In this document: positions 29,034 to 41,500 of the stretch, in pieces
How positions within the stretch are numbered: the stretch's first letter is position 1
Layout of the letters: every line of letters starts with the position of its first letter
Origin: a virus
Lineage: Duplodnaviria > Caudoviricetes
Strand: one strand, 5' to 3'
Virus record (IMG/VR): IMGVR_UViG_3300025086_000031
Location: 1 to 54,783 of that record
Length of the DNA: 54,783 bases
Program-made: the position numbers and the translations under genes
The notes under the pieces: generated by a model
The model's database searches: none
The model's input: the letters and a program-made list of their open reading frames with translations, nothing else
What the model was told of the DNA's origin: nothing

Positions 29034-30521
29034 ATGAATAAAAAATATACATATAAGCCTACATCTTCCGTAAAATACGGAAAAGGAGGGAAAAATAAGA
29101 AAAAATCTTACAGAGATAATTACAGTAAAAAAATAGACGGTAATCATTTTCAAGACTATGGCTTTCTATCTCCTCTTGTTTCTCCTATCGTTGAGCTATT
29201 TGGTATAAGTAGTATGAATGAGTTTTTGGGCTATGATGACTTAGTAAATGATCCTGATTTTGAAAGTATATATCAGATGGGTGTAGATCAACAAGCAGAT
29301 GCTGCAGGTACAGGTACAGATATGGCAACTGGCATAGCAGCTGGCACATATGGTCTTGATGCAGAGGGTGAACTTGATTTACAATCTGTAGGCACACTTC
29401 AAGATCAAATTGATAATATAGGTATAGCTAGACCTAAGAAAACTTCTACTGAATTTACGGAAGGTATAAAAGATACTATAAGTCAACAGACAACAGGTGT
29501 TTTAGGTGAGATAGGAAAGACGGGTAAGATGACAGGAATACGAGATGTTATGCAATCTGCTGATCAAGCATTTATAGGAGCTCAAGAGAAAGCTGCTGGA
29601 ATGGATGAGAGATACCAACAACAGCTAACAGACATAGAAAAATTTGAAACTGGTCAAGTATCTCAATTAGTTGGTCAACAGGCTCAACAGCAGTTTGGTG
29701 CAGAGTCATCATTATTTGATTTAGCTGGAGATTTAGCTGCTCAGTCAGCACAGGCAGGTGGTGATTTATCAGCGTCAGCATTAGCAGGTATAGTGGAGCT
29801 TCAAGGTCAAAACGTAGCTGCTTGGGGAGATCTTATTTCTGGAGGTTTGGAGGCTATTCTTGCTGCAATTAATCCATTTGATTTTGATAGTGATAAGAAA
29901 TTAAAGAAGAATATTGAAAAGGTGGGAGAAACTGAATCAGGCGTTCCTGTTAGTGATTTTGAATACAAAAAAGATAAAGACGCTCCAGAGGGTCCTGGTA
30001 GATATAGAGGTGTTATAGCACAAGATCTTATGGGGACAGAGCATGAGGGGGCTGTATCGAAAAAAGATAAAGGAACTTTAAGTGTTGATTATGGTCAGTT
30101 AGATGTACAGCTTCAAAAAATAGAGGAAGAGGGTAAGAGAATGAAAGCTGAAAATGGAGCTAAAATGCAGGAGTATGAGGAAGGAGCAAAGCAAGATATG
30201 ATGCCAGCGGAAGAGGCTGATGTAACTCCAGGAAAGTTTTCTCACAAAGAAAATCCTATTGATATAGTTCAAGATGGAGAAAAGATAGGAGAAATGACTG
30301 GTGGTGAGGCTATTATGCCTGTTAAAGACGTAAAAATATTTGAAGAATTATTAGCTGAAGGAGATAAAGATGGTGTGTTTGATAAGCTAGAACAATTATT
30401 TAATAAATGGGATCGTAAAGCTGAAATGCATAAAGAGAAGGATTTAGACCAAAGAGAGGCTATGGCTATGGGTGGAGCTAAAATGCGTTACCAACCTAAA
30501 TCAACAATAAATTATAGATAA
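29034..30521 (+). CDS. probable ejection/cargo protein with internal peptidase S74-like domain
   Basis: Ala/Gly/Gln-rich helices; SDKKLKKNI...GVIAQD...VDY; PG.FSH..NPI...E.TGGE module. Confidence 0.7.
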   Translation: MNKKYTYKPTSSVKYGKGGKNKKKSYRDNYSKKIDGNHFQDYGFLSPLVSPIVELFGISSMNEFLGYDDLVNDPDFESIYQMGVDQQADAAGTGTDMATGIAAGTYGLDAEGELDLQSVGTLQDQIDNIGIARPKKTSTEFTEGIKDTISQQTTGVLGEIGKTGKMTGIRDVMQSADQAFIGAQEKAAGMDERYQQQLTDIEKFETGQVSQLVGQQAQQQFGAESSLFDLAGDLAAQSAQAGGDLSASALAGIVELQGQNVAAWGDLISGGLEAILAAINPFDFDSDKKLKKNIEKVGETESGVPVSDFEYKKDKDAPEGPGRYRGVIAQDLMGTEHEGAVSKKDKGTLSVDYGQLDVQLQKIEEEGKRMKAENGAKMQEYEEGAKQDMMPAEEADVTPGKFSHKENPIDIVQDGEKIGEMTGGEAIMPVKDVKIFEELLAEGDKDGVFDKLEQLFNKWDRKAEMHKEKDLDQREAMAMGGAKMRYQPKSTINYR

Positions 30522-30523
30522 TT

Positions 30524-32581
30524 ATGGCTGGAGGATTTACTAGCGGTTTTGACCCTCAGATATTTGATTTTGCTGGTCACAGACTAAAAAAAGAAGAACT
30601 TAGACATAGAAAGAGACAGTCTGAAAAGAAGAAAGCTGAGGATAAGATGAAGCAGTCTGCTGTTAATCCGTCTAAGATAGATCCTAAGTTTCCTGAAAAA
30701 TTCATGCCTGGTCAGGAAGAATTACTAAGACAATTAGATTCTTATGCCGCTCTACATGCTAATTCATTAAATCCAAAAAACACTGCTGACGATGATATAG
30801 AAGGACAATTTGATCCTAATATATATTCTATATACAGAAATATGGAGCGTCAAGTGATGTTATTTTCAGAGCATACCGCAGGGTATGTAACAGATTATAA
30901 AAATCATCATGATCAGGTGTATCAAGTAGATGAGTTTGGTAATAACACTTATAATCTAGATATGGTAGAACAGGAGCCTGTGCATTTAACCAAAGAAGAT
31001 GTAGAAGGTAAAATGGGAAAAGGTGAGAGTATGGATGATTACAGCTGGATGTGGAACTCTGAAGGAACAGTTCATGATGATGGAGTAGGGCAACAAACAG
31101 CATTAAAAAATGAAAACGGAGAATATCAATATGAGGTAGGCCCTAATGGAGAGCAGTATTTATTAGGTCAGGATGGGAATAGGTTAACAGCTTACGAACT
31201 AGACGGAAATAATGAGGTGGTTCAATCAAAGTCTGGAATATACAAATTTGAGTCTATCTACAATCAAGAATATAATACTGACTTAATTAAGTTTAATGAA
31301 AAAGGAAATATAGTATATGGAGAAGAGGGTAGCGAAACTGCTTTCTATGATTATTGGAGCAGGGACTTTACTAAACTAGACAAAAAACAATATTCTACAA
31401 ATGGATTATATGAAATATCTCAAGGATTAAAATTTGAAGGAGCGTACGATGAGGCTGTTGGAGGTACAAATTCTTATTTAACTCCTGAAGCTATGAATGG
31501 TTTATGGTTTCAAGCTACTCAGGCCTACCAATGGAATAGTGATTTAAATGAAGGTAAAGGTGATTGGTCAAATGATTACGGTACTATAGCTTCTATGCAG
31601 GTTGCAGATATGATACTAAAAGAACAAGGAAATAATCAACCTAGTGTAGGAGCTAAAAATGATATTGTTAGAAAAATTCAATTAGGAAATTCAAAAGGTA
31701 AAGAAGAAGAATTATTAGGAGAATTGCCAGAATCTTTAAAGGGTTCTAGTAAATACGCTCCAGGTAAAAAAATAGAGACTTATCAAGATTACATGACTGA
31801 GATGATTCTAGAACAGTGGAAAGCTAGACATACTAGCGTGAAGATTAATAATCCAACTGTTACAGGAGTAGAGAATAAAGATATTTTATTTGACTGGGAT
31901 AACGCTGGTGTTCAACAAACTCAGATGTCAATCGGTCAAGAGGGTATGTCTGTTAATAATGATATGGGTTATGTTACTCAATTAGATAAAGATGTTAATC
32001 TTGATAGACCTTGGAGACCTACTGATATAAGTGATATAACTGATCATAATGATGTTGGATTCCAGGCTTTTGATCCTTCTTTAACTAAAATATTACAAAA
32101 AGGTGGAGCTCAGGGTGATGTTATAACAGGAACAACAGGATTTAGGGCGATAGATAAAAGAACGGGACAGTTAATGCATAACGCAACTTTTGATAAATCT
32201 AGCGGGTCATACGTATTTACAGATGCTGAAGCAGCAGAAAATGCTATAATAGTATTTGGTTTTGATGGATACTGGAAAGCTAAAGACCCTGACGATATTA
32301 GAAAGTTATATACTGGAGATAATGAAGGCATAATAGAAGGTTGGGAAAGTATAACTATAGATGAAATATTGTCTAATGATAAAGGTATACCAGGATTCTT
32401 CCCTATAAATAGTTCAACTTTAAGTGTTAGAGAATTAAAAGCTTATCAAAAAGGTATTGATAAAATGAAAGATATTAAGAAAGTTATAATAAAGGATGGT
32501 AAGAAAGAGGAGATAGCTATGAATGGTGAAGTAATAGGTGATGAATGGGGATTTCCTGGAGCTAATACAATGACAGCATAA
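30524..32581 (+). CDS. probable ejection/cargo protein
   Basis: 685 aa between the first cargo gene and the giant gene; positional inference. Confidence 0.6.
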   Translation: MAGGFTSGFDPQIFDFAGHRLKKEELRHRKRQSEKKKAEDKMKQSAVNPSKIDPKFPEKFMPGQEELLRQLDSYAALHANSLNPKNTADDDIEGQFDPNIYSIYRNMERQVMLFSEHTAGYVTDYKNHHDQVYQVDEFGNNTYNLDMVEQEPVHLTKEDVEGKMGKGESMDDYSWMWNSEGTVHDDGVGQQTALKNENGEYQYEVGPNGEQYLLGQDGNRLTAYELDGNNEVVQSKSGIYKFESIYNQEYNTDLIKFNEKGNIVYGEEGSETAFYDYWSRDFTKLDKKQYSTNGLYEISQGLKFEGAYDEAVGGTNSYLTPEAMNGLWFQATQAYQWNSDLNEGKGDWSNDYGTIASMQVADMILKEQGNNQPSVGAKNDIVRKIQLGNSKGKEEELLGELPESLKGSSKYAPGKKIETYQDYMTEMILEQWKARHTSVKINNPTVTGVENKDILFDWDNAGVQQTQMSIGQEGMSVNNDMGYVTQLDKDVNLDRPWRPTDISDITDHNDVGFQAFDPSLTKILQKGGAQGDVITGTTGFRAIDKRTGQLMHNATFDKSSGSYVFTDAEAAENAIIVFGFDGYWKAKDPDDIRKLYTGDNEGIIEGWESITIDEILSNDKGIPGFFPINSSTLSVRELKAYQKGIDKMKDIKKVIIKDGKKEEIAMNGEVIGDEWGFPGANTMTA

Positions 32582-32599
32582 AATTAAAATTAATTAAAT

Positions 32600-35500
32600 A
32601 TGGCAGTAGTATATCAAAAAGATAAAAACGCTATTAGATTCGTTGCAGATTTCTACAAGAAGTTTAAGCCTAATCATAAGCTTACTCAGGTTGAGATTGA
32701 CTCGATCTTTGCCCAGTACGATGGTGATTATGAAACCATGGTTAAAGACATTTACGGTGCACTAACAGAATACACACCTAGTGATAGTGACATAACAAGT
32801 GTAATTAACCGTTACGCTTTAAAAAAAAAAGATTCGGCAAATGGTTTATTAGAATCGGCAACTGGAGAATCGGAGCAATTAGAAATAGACGAAAATAAAG
32901 AGGGTTTTACAGCTGAAGATGGAGCCTTTGTAACTGATCTTAATTTAAGTACAGACGAAGAAATACATAAAGGTTTAGAGGGTGCGAAAGCAGGCACTTC
33001 AGCAACTCTCAATTATAAAACTAAAGAGCCTAGAGTTTTAGAGGGTAGACAAGATTATCCTATACATGTTTATGCAGATGGCGGTTATCAGGGTGTATTG
33101 AAGCCTGGGGGTAAAATGAAAACCTCTCCAGCATCTAAAATAGTAGAAATTCCAACTGACAAATACTTTAAAGCACAAGATGGAGCCATAGTTCCTAATG
33201 AAGAAAATAATCAAGATGTGAGCATCGAGAATGAAGAAGATGTTTGGAATTATGATTATATACTAAAAACTTTCACTAAAAACGGATCTCCTGTAGATGC
33301 CTCACAAGTTCCTATTAATATTATGGGGGATCTAAAGATAGATATACAAAATCAACATGATCTTCAAAAAAGAGAAAAATCAAGAAATGATGCTGAGATT
33401 CAAGCAGGGTTAAAAAATGTAGAGTTTAACCAAAACTTTGAACAATTCTACGGACAAGAAGGTGACTTAAATTTCTACAAGGCAGCACAGCTATACGCTG
33501 AAAACCCTGAAAATTTTAATCTCCTATTAGAGAGTACAGAGGAGGGTCAATTTGTAGATTATGAGGGTATGCAAATACCTTTAACAACATCTATATCTGA
33601 AAGTGGGAAAGATTTAATATCCGCTGCTAATCCTGACACCAATACATTTTTCCATGAAGTGCCCGTAGGTGGAGGTTCTAATGAAGAAATTTTATCAGAA
33701 TACGGAATAGAGTCAGGTCTTGTTACGGGGGATGAAAATCAATCATTTCAATCTGTAGATGATGACGGTTTAACTCAGTATGAGACTATTTTAAACATGG
33801 ATAATCATATGGCTAGCTTATTAAATCAAAGGAGCGAACTTGTTGGTGGTAAACATGTATATAAAGAGGATAAGAAATCAAAGTTTTTAAGGCCAAAAGC
33901 TCTGTATGAAGAGGGTGTAGACCAAACAACGACACTTGGAAATATAAATTACAACACGCTTAGTGAGGATCAGAGATTTCAATATGAAAAATTAACAGAA
34001 CAGATAAATAATGTTAAAGGAGCTAAAGCTAAATTAAATGTACAATTATTAACATCTTCCAATAAACACGGTGTAAATGACGTAAAAACAGCTTATGGTG
34101 GATTAAAGACTCATGAGGATAGAGTATCTTTTTTTAATAGTAGTAGTGATCAAATAAACGATAAGGTAGATAGGTCTGAAAGTTATCAAATGAACTTAGT
34201 TGTAAGTGAGTTAAAAAATGAAATACAACAAGATTTAAGTGATGAATTTTCTGTTGACACAGAAGCTAAAGATCTTTTACAAAAATATCAAACCAATAAA
34301 GGGATAAAATTCAAAGGCCCTGAAGAAATGCTTGGAGATAAGGTTTTTATGAATCTTTATAGTGACTTTCAGAAGAGTAGACTTAACAAGATTAATATGA
34401 CTATTGCTGATATAGATTGGCAAAATGAAGAAACTTTTAAAACTCAAGTTAAGCTAAACGCTTCCTTAAAAAATATAAACAAACAACTTGAAAGGTTAGA
34501 GTTACAAAAGGAGAATGAGAAAATAGATGAGGATGAATATATTGAACAATCAACTAAATTAAATCAGCAAATATCTATTCTTAGAGAAAAAATGGAGGAG
34601 AATAGGGGAAAAAGAGGTTACGAGAGAGGTACGGAAATGTTTACAGAAACGGGAGAGAGGATAGAAGGACCTGTAGCTACAGAAGAAGATAAAATTATTC
34701 AACAGCAAATAACAAATAAAGAGGCAGAATTTATGCAAGCTTTAAGTCAGGCTGAGGATTATGGTGCGTTTGTTGATAAATTAATGAGAGCTCAAGATGG
34801 TTTATACTCTACTGAGTTAATGAATCAGGATATATGGAAGAATGAAAAAATGACTCTTCCTAGTGGTAAAGAGATGACTCTAGAGGAGATGTATAGTTTT
34901 ATACAGGCTCAATCTGGTGATACAGGTGCTCTTTGGAGTCTAGGTATTGGTGGTGGAGCAAAGGAGTTGAGAGAGCAATTTGACAGCGAAGCTGAAAGAA
35001 ATACTGGTGTTATTGGTTTAAGGCAACAGCTAAGAACTATAGATAAGTCAATCCCTATGATGATAGCTAAAAACTTTGGAGAGGGATCTAAGGAAGATGC
35101 TGTATTTATGATTGAGATGTTGAAAAATTTTAAAGGTAGGTATTATGAGAATCAAACTCAGTTAGTAGCTATGTCTAATGTATTAACATTCAATGTTGAT
35201 CCAGGAAAAGAATGGGGGGAGAAAACTGGAGCAGGATTATTTTTAAGACAAATGTCAGAGAGTTTTGGTCACGCTGTACATAAAAGGCATGTTCATAGCG
35301 AGGATGATATGATTAATTACTATGATGATATAGCTAATGCCTACGGAATAGAGTTAACAGACCAACAAAAGGTAGCTGGAGAAATAAGTTTAAATGACAT
35401 GGTGGCTCAAGGTGTGGGTACTACAGTTCCTATTATGATTGAAATGATTGCTACTATGCCTTTAGCTGGTGCTGGGTTAAAAACTCTTACCAAAGTGCCT

Positions 35501-38500
35501 TTGATTAAGAATGCTATGGTTGCTGCTAAAACTACAGATGTAGGTAAATTTTGGTGGAATTTTAGTGAGAATGTAGTTAGAGGTGCTGTAGCTTTTGAGA
35601 TGACATCAGGTGATCAGGCTACATGGAGAATGGGTGCTGCTGAGGGAGCTACAGAGCAAGTGATGAACTCTTTATTTAAAAGAACTCCTGTAACTAGATC
35701 TCTATTAACATTATATAGAAGTTTTGGAAAACCAGGTGTTAAAGTTGCTACCCTGCCTCCAAGAATCCTTGCGGGTGGTGGTGCTGAGCTTTTAGCGGAG
35801 TATTCAGGTGAGTTTGTTGAGAACTTAACTAATATGGGTTTTAACTGGGAAGAAGCTTTAATGGCTACTGTTGGTCAATCAAGAGACGAAAGGATAAATA
35901 AGTTAATGACTACAGCTATTATTTGTGTAGGTTTATCTACAGCTTTTACAACTTTAACAGCTAATAGCATAGAACAGAATTTTCAAGACATGCTAGATGG
36001 TGGTCAGTTAGGTCCTGAAGACACTAAATTAGTTCAAGACTTCTTAGGTGTTATGGATGAATATAAAAAATCACCACAAGGAGAACAATTAACATTATGG
36101 GGAGATGATGATTTTGACACTATGGTTGGAGAGACTCCAGATCACTTAAGTGGAGTAAATGGAGATGACGAAGGAGATACTCCTGGAGGTCCTACTATTC
36201 CTTTAGGGGAAGGTCCAGGTGGTTTACCTACTATTAAAGATGAGCGTGATGAAGATATTGGTATGCCAGCTTCTGGCGGTAGACAATTAACTCTTTTTGA
36301 AGACGAGTCAGTAAGGAGTTCTGCAGGAAATACAAGTTCGGTTAATCCTGGAAATAGATTATTTAATGACCCAAACCCAGAAACTTCACAAATAGCAAAA
36401 AATTATATAAATACTAATTCTCCTCAGATTGGAGTTCAACATTCAGATGCTACTCCAGTAACTGATATTAACGAAGAAAACTCTAAAAATATAGCTGATG
36501 CATATGAGGCTATGGAAAATAACCCTAACGATCCTAAAGTTCAGAAAGCTTACACAGCTCTAGCTAATGAAACACAAATGCAATATCAAGAATTAATAAA
36601 TGCTGGCTATACCATTGAAGTTTACAACGGTAAAGGAGAGCCTTATGCTAATAGTGACGAAATGATAAAAGATGTTAGGGATAATAAGCATTTGTATATA
36701 TTTGGAACAGAAACTGGTTTTGGTCAAGGTCAGATTACAGATCAAATGAGAGCAGAAAACCCCTTGCTTCAACCTACAGAATTTCAAGATGTTAACGGTA
36801 ATCCATTACTTGTTAATGATTTATTTAGAGCTGTTCATGATTTTTTTGGTCATACAGAGCTAGGTAATGGGTTTGGAATCAAAGGGGAGGAAAATGCTTG
36901 GCTTAATCACTCTAGAATGTTTAGTCATGACGCTAGAAGAGCTATGACAACAGAGACTAGAGGTCAAAACTCATGGGTTAATTTTAATCAAAAGTTAAGA
37001 AGAGAAGATGGGAGTATGCCTAAGAAGGGAGATCCTGATTATGTAAGACCTCAAGATAGACCTTTTGCAGACCAGAAAATAGGATTACTTCCTGATGAGT
37101 TTGTATTCCAACAACCATCAACGCCAAGTGTTACAGCTGACCCAGCGGTAGAAGTTACTCAAGATACTCCATTTAAGTATAATAGATCTAAAAAGGTATA
37201 CGAGGGAACTGTTAATAACAAACCATTTGTAATAGCTAAAAGATATGGTAAACAAGAATGGATAGAAGCTTTGTCTGGAGAAGTGTTAGGAAGAACTAAA
37301 AAAGAAGCTATAAAAACTTTAAAGTTAGCTATGGAAGGTCCTGTGGCTATGGATCTAATGGAGTCTACTGATCAAATAACAGAAGAGTTAGCTGGCATAA
37401 TAGATTTAATAAATGCTTCTACAAATGCTCATGATTCTGATGTTGATCCGAATACAAAATCTCCAGAAAATATAGAAAGTCTTGTAGATAGAACAATTAG
37501 AGGTATTGACTCAGAATTAGATAGAATAAATCGAAATAGAGGTAAGAACCTGTATATGGACGTAACTATGGGGTTAGGACCAGTGGCGTGGGAAGCCTTC
37601 TTAAAAGCTTTAAAAACAGGCTTAAAAGCGGGACAGAGTGTTTCCGTTGCTTTCAATAAAGCTGTAGAGTCTATAAAAGGATTAGATGAATTTAAGGAAG
37701 AAAGTATAGAATCTCTTAAGAAAAGGTTCTTATTTAATAATGATGGTGTTGTTAAGTTTGCTGAGGAAGCTATAATTAATAAAGTTACTGCACCTAAATT
37801 TCTTGAGGCTTTACAAGAGAAATATCCAGATCAGTATAACGAGATAGAAGCTAAAGAGATATATAAAATAGCTAAGTTAAGAGTTAATCCTAAAGTTGTT
37901 AGAAGTAATTATACTAGAAGTGAACTTAAACAAATAGATAACTTACAAAACAAAATAGATCAGCATAATAATGTTGACATGAAAAATGATCGTAGCTTAT
38001 CAGATCCTATGCAAATATTATTTGACGGAGGATTTGTAGTATTAAAGAATGGTAAACCTGTAATAAAAACTCTTCCTTTTAATTTTAATGGAGCTCCTAT
38101 ATTCCAAGGATTAAATGAGCAACAAAAAATAGAATTAGCTTCAGATTTACTTATACAGGATTTTAATACAAACAGCTCTAAAATAGATTTAGAAAGAGCT
38201 ACAGGTTGGTATAGTAAAACAAAAAACTTAATACAACAGAAGTTTGGTGGAAATGCACCAATATTCTTCGAGCTACTAGGCGTTACATCTCCACAAGCAC
38301 CACCTCAAGTTAACTTTAGAAAATCTACTGAAGTTTTAAGATCTTATTCAGAGGGTAAGTTTGATGAATCTTTAGAGATATACGATAATAAAGTTAAAGC
38401 TATAATGGCTCAATATGATCAAGGTGTTTTTGGTGTGGGTAAAAAGGCTGTAATAAAAGCTAAAGAACTTATAAAGCAAGCCTCTTCTGATCAAGATGTT

Positions 38501-41500
38501 GTGGCCGCTATAAAAAAGAAAAACGGAAAGTCATTCGGTCTTCCAGTAGTTACCTCAGGTATTGTTAGAGTTTTATATGGTAATTGGCTATCTAATAATC
38601 CAGCTAATAAAACAGGACAGTTTTACAATAACTTGTCTTTAAGAGATAGAAGTGCTACTATTGATGTTTGGGCTGCTAGGAATATGAGAAGAATAGTATA
38701 TTCTCAAGGAGGTTTTGTACCATTTAGAAGAAGACAATCTCAAGAAACAACAGTAGGTAATAAAGATTTTTCTTTTGCACAAAGTGTATATGCTGTAGCT
38801 GCTAAGAAGCTAAACTTAAACCCTGACGACCTACAAGCTGCTATGTGGTTTATAGAAAAACAAATATATGACGAATCTGGATTTAGTGGAACTGATAGAA
38901 CTGGAGCAGCTAAAGATCAAGCAACCATGGAAAACGCTGTAAATTCTGCTAAGATAACAGATAGAGTTATGGTGGGTGCTAGCACCTTTATAGGTAATAC
39001 AAGTCCAGAACAGAAAAACAGAATATATAGTGCTACAGCTAGAGCTATACAAAAAGCTTTAGAAAGAAATGCTACTGACGAAGAGATTGCCGCTGTGATA
39101 GCAGAGACTATGCAGGGTTCTGTAAGAATGGATCAAGCACTTCAAAACTTAGACGCTGTAGTTTCTTTATTAGGTGCTATGGGTAGACCATATCAGTCGG
39201 AAGGTATATATATGAATCAAACAGAAGATACTATAAATTTAGAAATGTTAGTTGATGCTGGAACAGATTTATCTCCTTTATTTGATGAGCTATTAAATAC
39301 AGCTATTAACAATGAGCAAGAGTCTGTGTTTGCATCTAAAGTGACAACAAAACAAGATCCTAACGCTAGACCTTTTAGGAGAATAGAGTTTGACTCTCCC
39401 ATGACACTTACTGATGCTAGAATGTTTGCTAATGAGCATTTTGGGCCTAATGGTGTAGAGGGATTAACTCTTAATTACAATCAAGAAGGTGAGGTTACGG
39501 GTATGTCAATGCAATTTGTTCCTGAATATTTAATGGAACCTATGGGTGAGGGTTTAACGATGGAAAATATAAAAGAATATGAGTCAAGATGGGAGGATGG
39601 TGCAAATAAAGCTATAAGAGAAATACAAGAAAAATACGGTGAAGATATTTTTAATACCGTAGAAAATGGATATATTAACACAAAAGTTTTTACAAATGGG
39701 GAATACGAAACAACTACAAGACAAGAAAAGTCGTTTGAAACAGACATCAATAGAGAGCTTGCCAGAAGGCAAAGAGCTATTAATAGCGGGGACAACGCCC
39801 AGGACATCTCTGATCTCAGAACAGGAGATGAATATTCTAGCGGAAGCGTTCAGCGTTTTCAAATCTTAACAGATTTTGCAGACAAATTAGATCAGATATA
39901 TAAAGATTTAGGTGGTAATGCTTATGCAGATCCATTTATGTCAATTCCTATTATTAGAGCCGCCCTCAAAACAGCTTCTATTACCCTTAGAGCCACTTCT
40001 AGTGTAGCTAAAGCTGTAGATGCAGCTATAGATTACTTAAATAGAGCTCAAGCTGATGGGGATAAATTTATTCCTAATCAAGAAGCTGAGATAAGAGAAT
40101 TATTCAAAAATTTCCTATCAACACAAGAAGGGTTGTTTAACCCTAAAGATCCTGGAATGTCTGGAGAAACTGAACTGACAGAAGAAGAAGCATCTCAACT
40201 TGAAGAGCAAGAGGCTCGTTTACAGGAAATGAGAGAAAGACGAGTTCTTGAGATGATTGACGCTTTAAATTCTGATATAGACCTTAAAGATTGGACGGAT
40301 GCAGACTACTCAGAAACTTTAGAAGAGTTACAGAAAGATCAAGATGCAGCATTCTCTAGGGGTAAAGATAATTTCTTTGGAAGGTTAGCGGATTTTAGAA
40401 GGTCTTTAGACAATATGTTTGTTAAATTAAAAGAGCAAACAGTAGATACTAAATTTAGAATAAAAAGATCTATTAGAAATATAGGTAAAGATTTAAATCT
40501 TAGTGAGACAGCTTCTAATGCACTCGCATCTATAACTCTATGGTTAACGGTTCCAGGTACAGCTAAAGAACTTATAGATCAAGCTAATAAAAAAATATGG
40601 GGAGCTTTATCTTCTGCTCAAATAAAACTGGTAGGTCAACTATCTACACTTGAAAGAATAATAGAGCTTGATAATTTATCTGACGCTCAAAAATCAGCAG
40701 CTGATGCTATTGTTAAGAACTTAAATATTTTATCTAAAAAACTTGGTAAAGCTAAAACAAAAGAGGAAAAAGCCGCTATAAAAGAACAAATAAAACAATC
40801 TGAAGCTCAAATAGATAACATATATAAAGATAACTCCAGTGTTAGTGTCAAGAAAAACGAGGATGGCTCAGGTTATTATTTAGAATATGTAACGAAAGAT
40901 AAGAGTGGAAAAGATCTTTTTATTAAAATGAAACCTGGTATAGCCTCAATAACTAATCCAACTACTAAGAGTAAGGTTTGGCCTTGGAGGATGAAGCATC
41001 CAGAGGTTAAAAATCCTAAAGGAGAAGGTTATGTCATGATGAATAAAGAGATTGCTGAAGGTATGATTAACAGCATGAAGTTGAAGGAAGGTGATGGGTT
41101 TAAAGTTATTAGAGAGACTACAGATAAATTATTTGAAGAATATCGTAATGAGTTAAAAAGAAATTTTGAAGCGGGGTTAATAGATGAGGCAACTTATAAT
41201 GAACTTAAAGATCTTAAATATAACCCTAGAAAGTTTGTTGATCACGTAATATTTACGGAGAGAAACTTGAATGAACAGAGGAAATCAGGTCGTGCTAATA
41301 AGGGTGATCATTTAGAGTCTCCTTTACAAATGTTAAAACAGGGTAGTGATCAGGTTCTTTTTATGGATCCAGTTAAGTTATTACAAAACACATTAGCTAT
41401 CGGAGCTAAATTAAGAGCTGAGAATGAGGTTAGAAGAGGTATATATGATATAATATCTCAAGCTACAAAGAAGGGGTTTGAGTACGTTAATGGAACAAAT

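Noticed and set aside
29880-29894. DFDSD resembling the crAss RNAP DFDxD motif
   Set aside because: It overlaps the SD..LK start of the S74-like domain in a 495-aa helical protein, too small and the wrong context for RNAP.
30584-30603. A-run in the 685-aa gene as another frameshift site
   Set aside because: The -1 frame closes within a few codons (TAG at 30601) and shows no patterned peptide.
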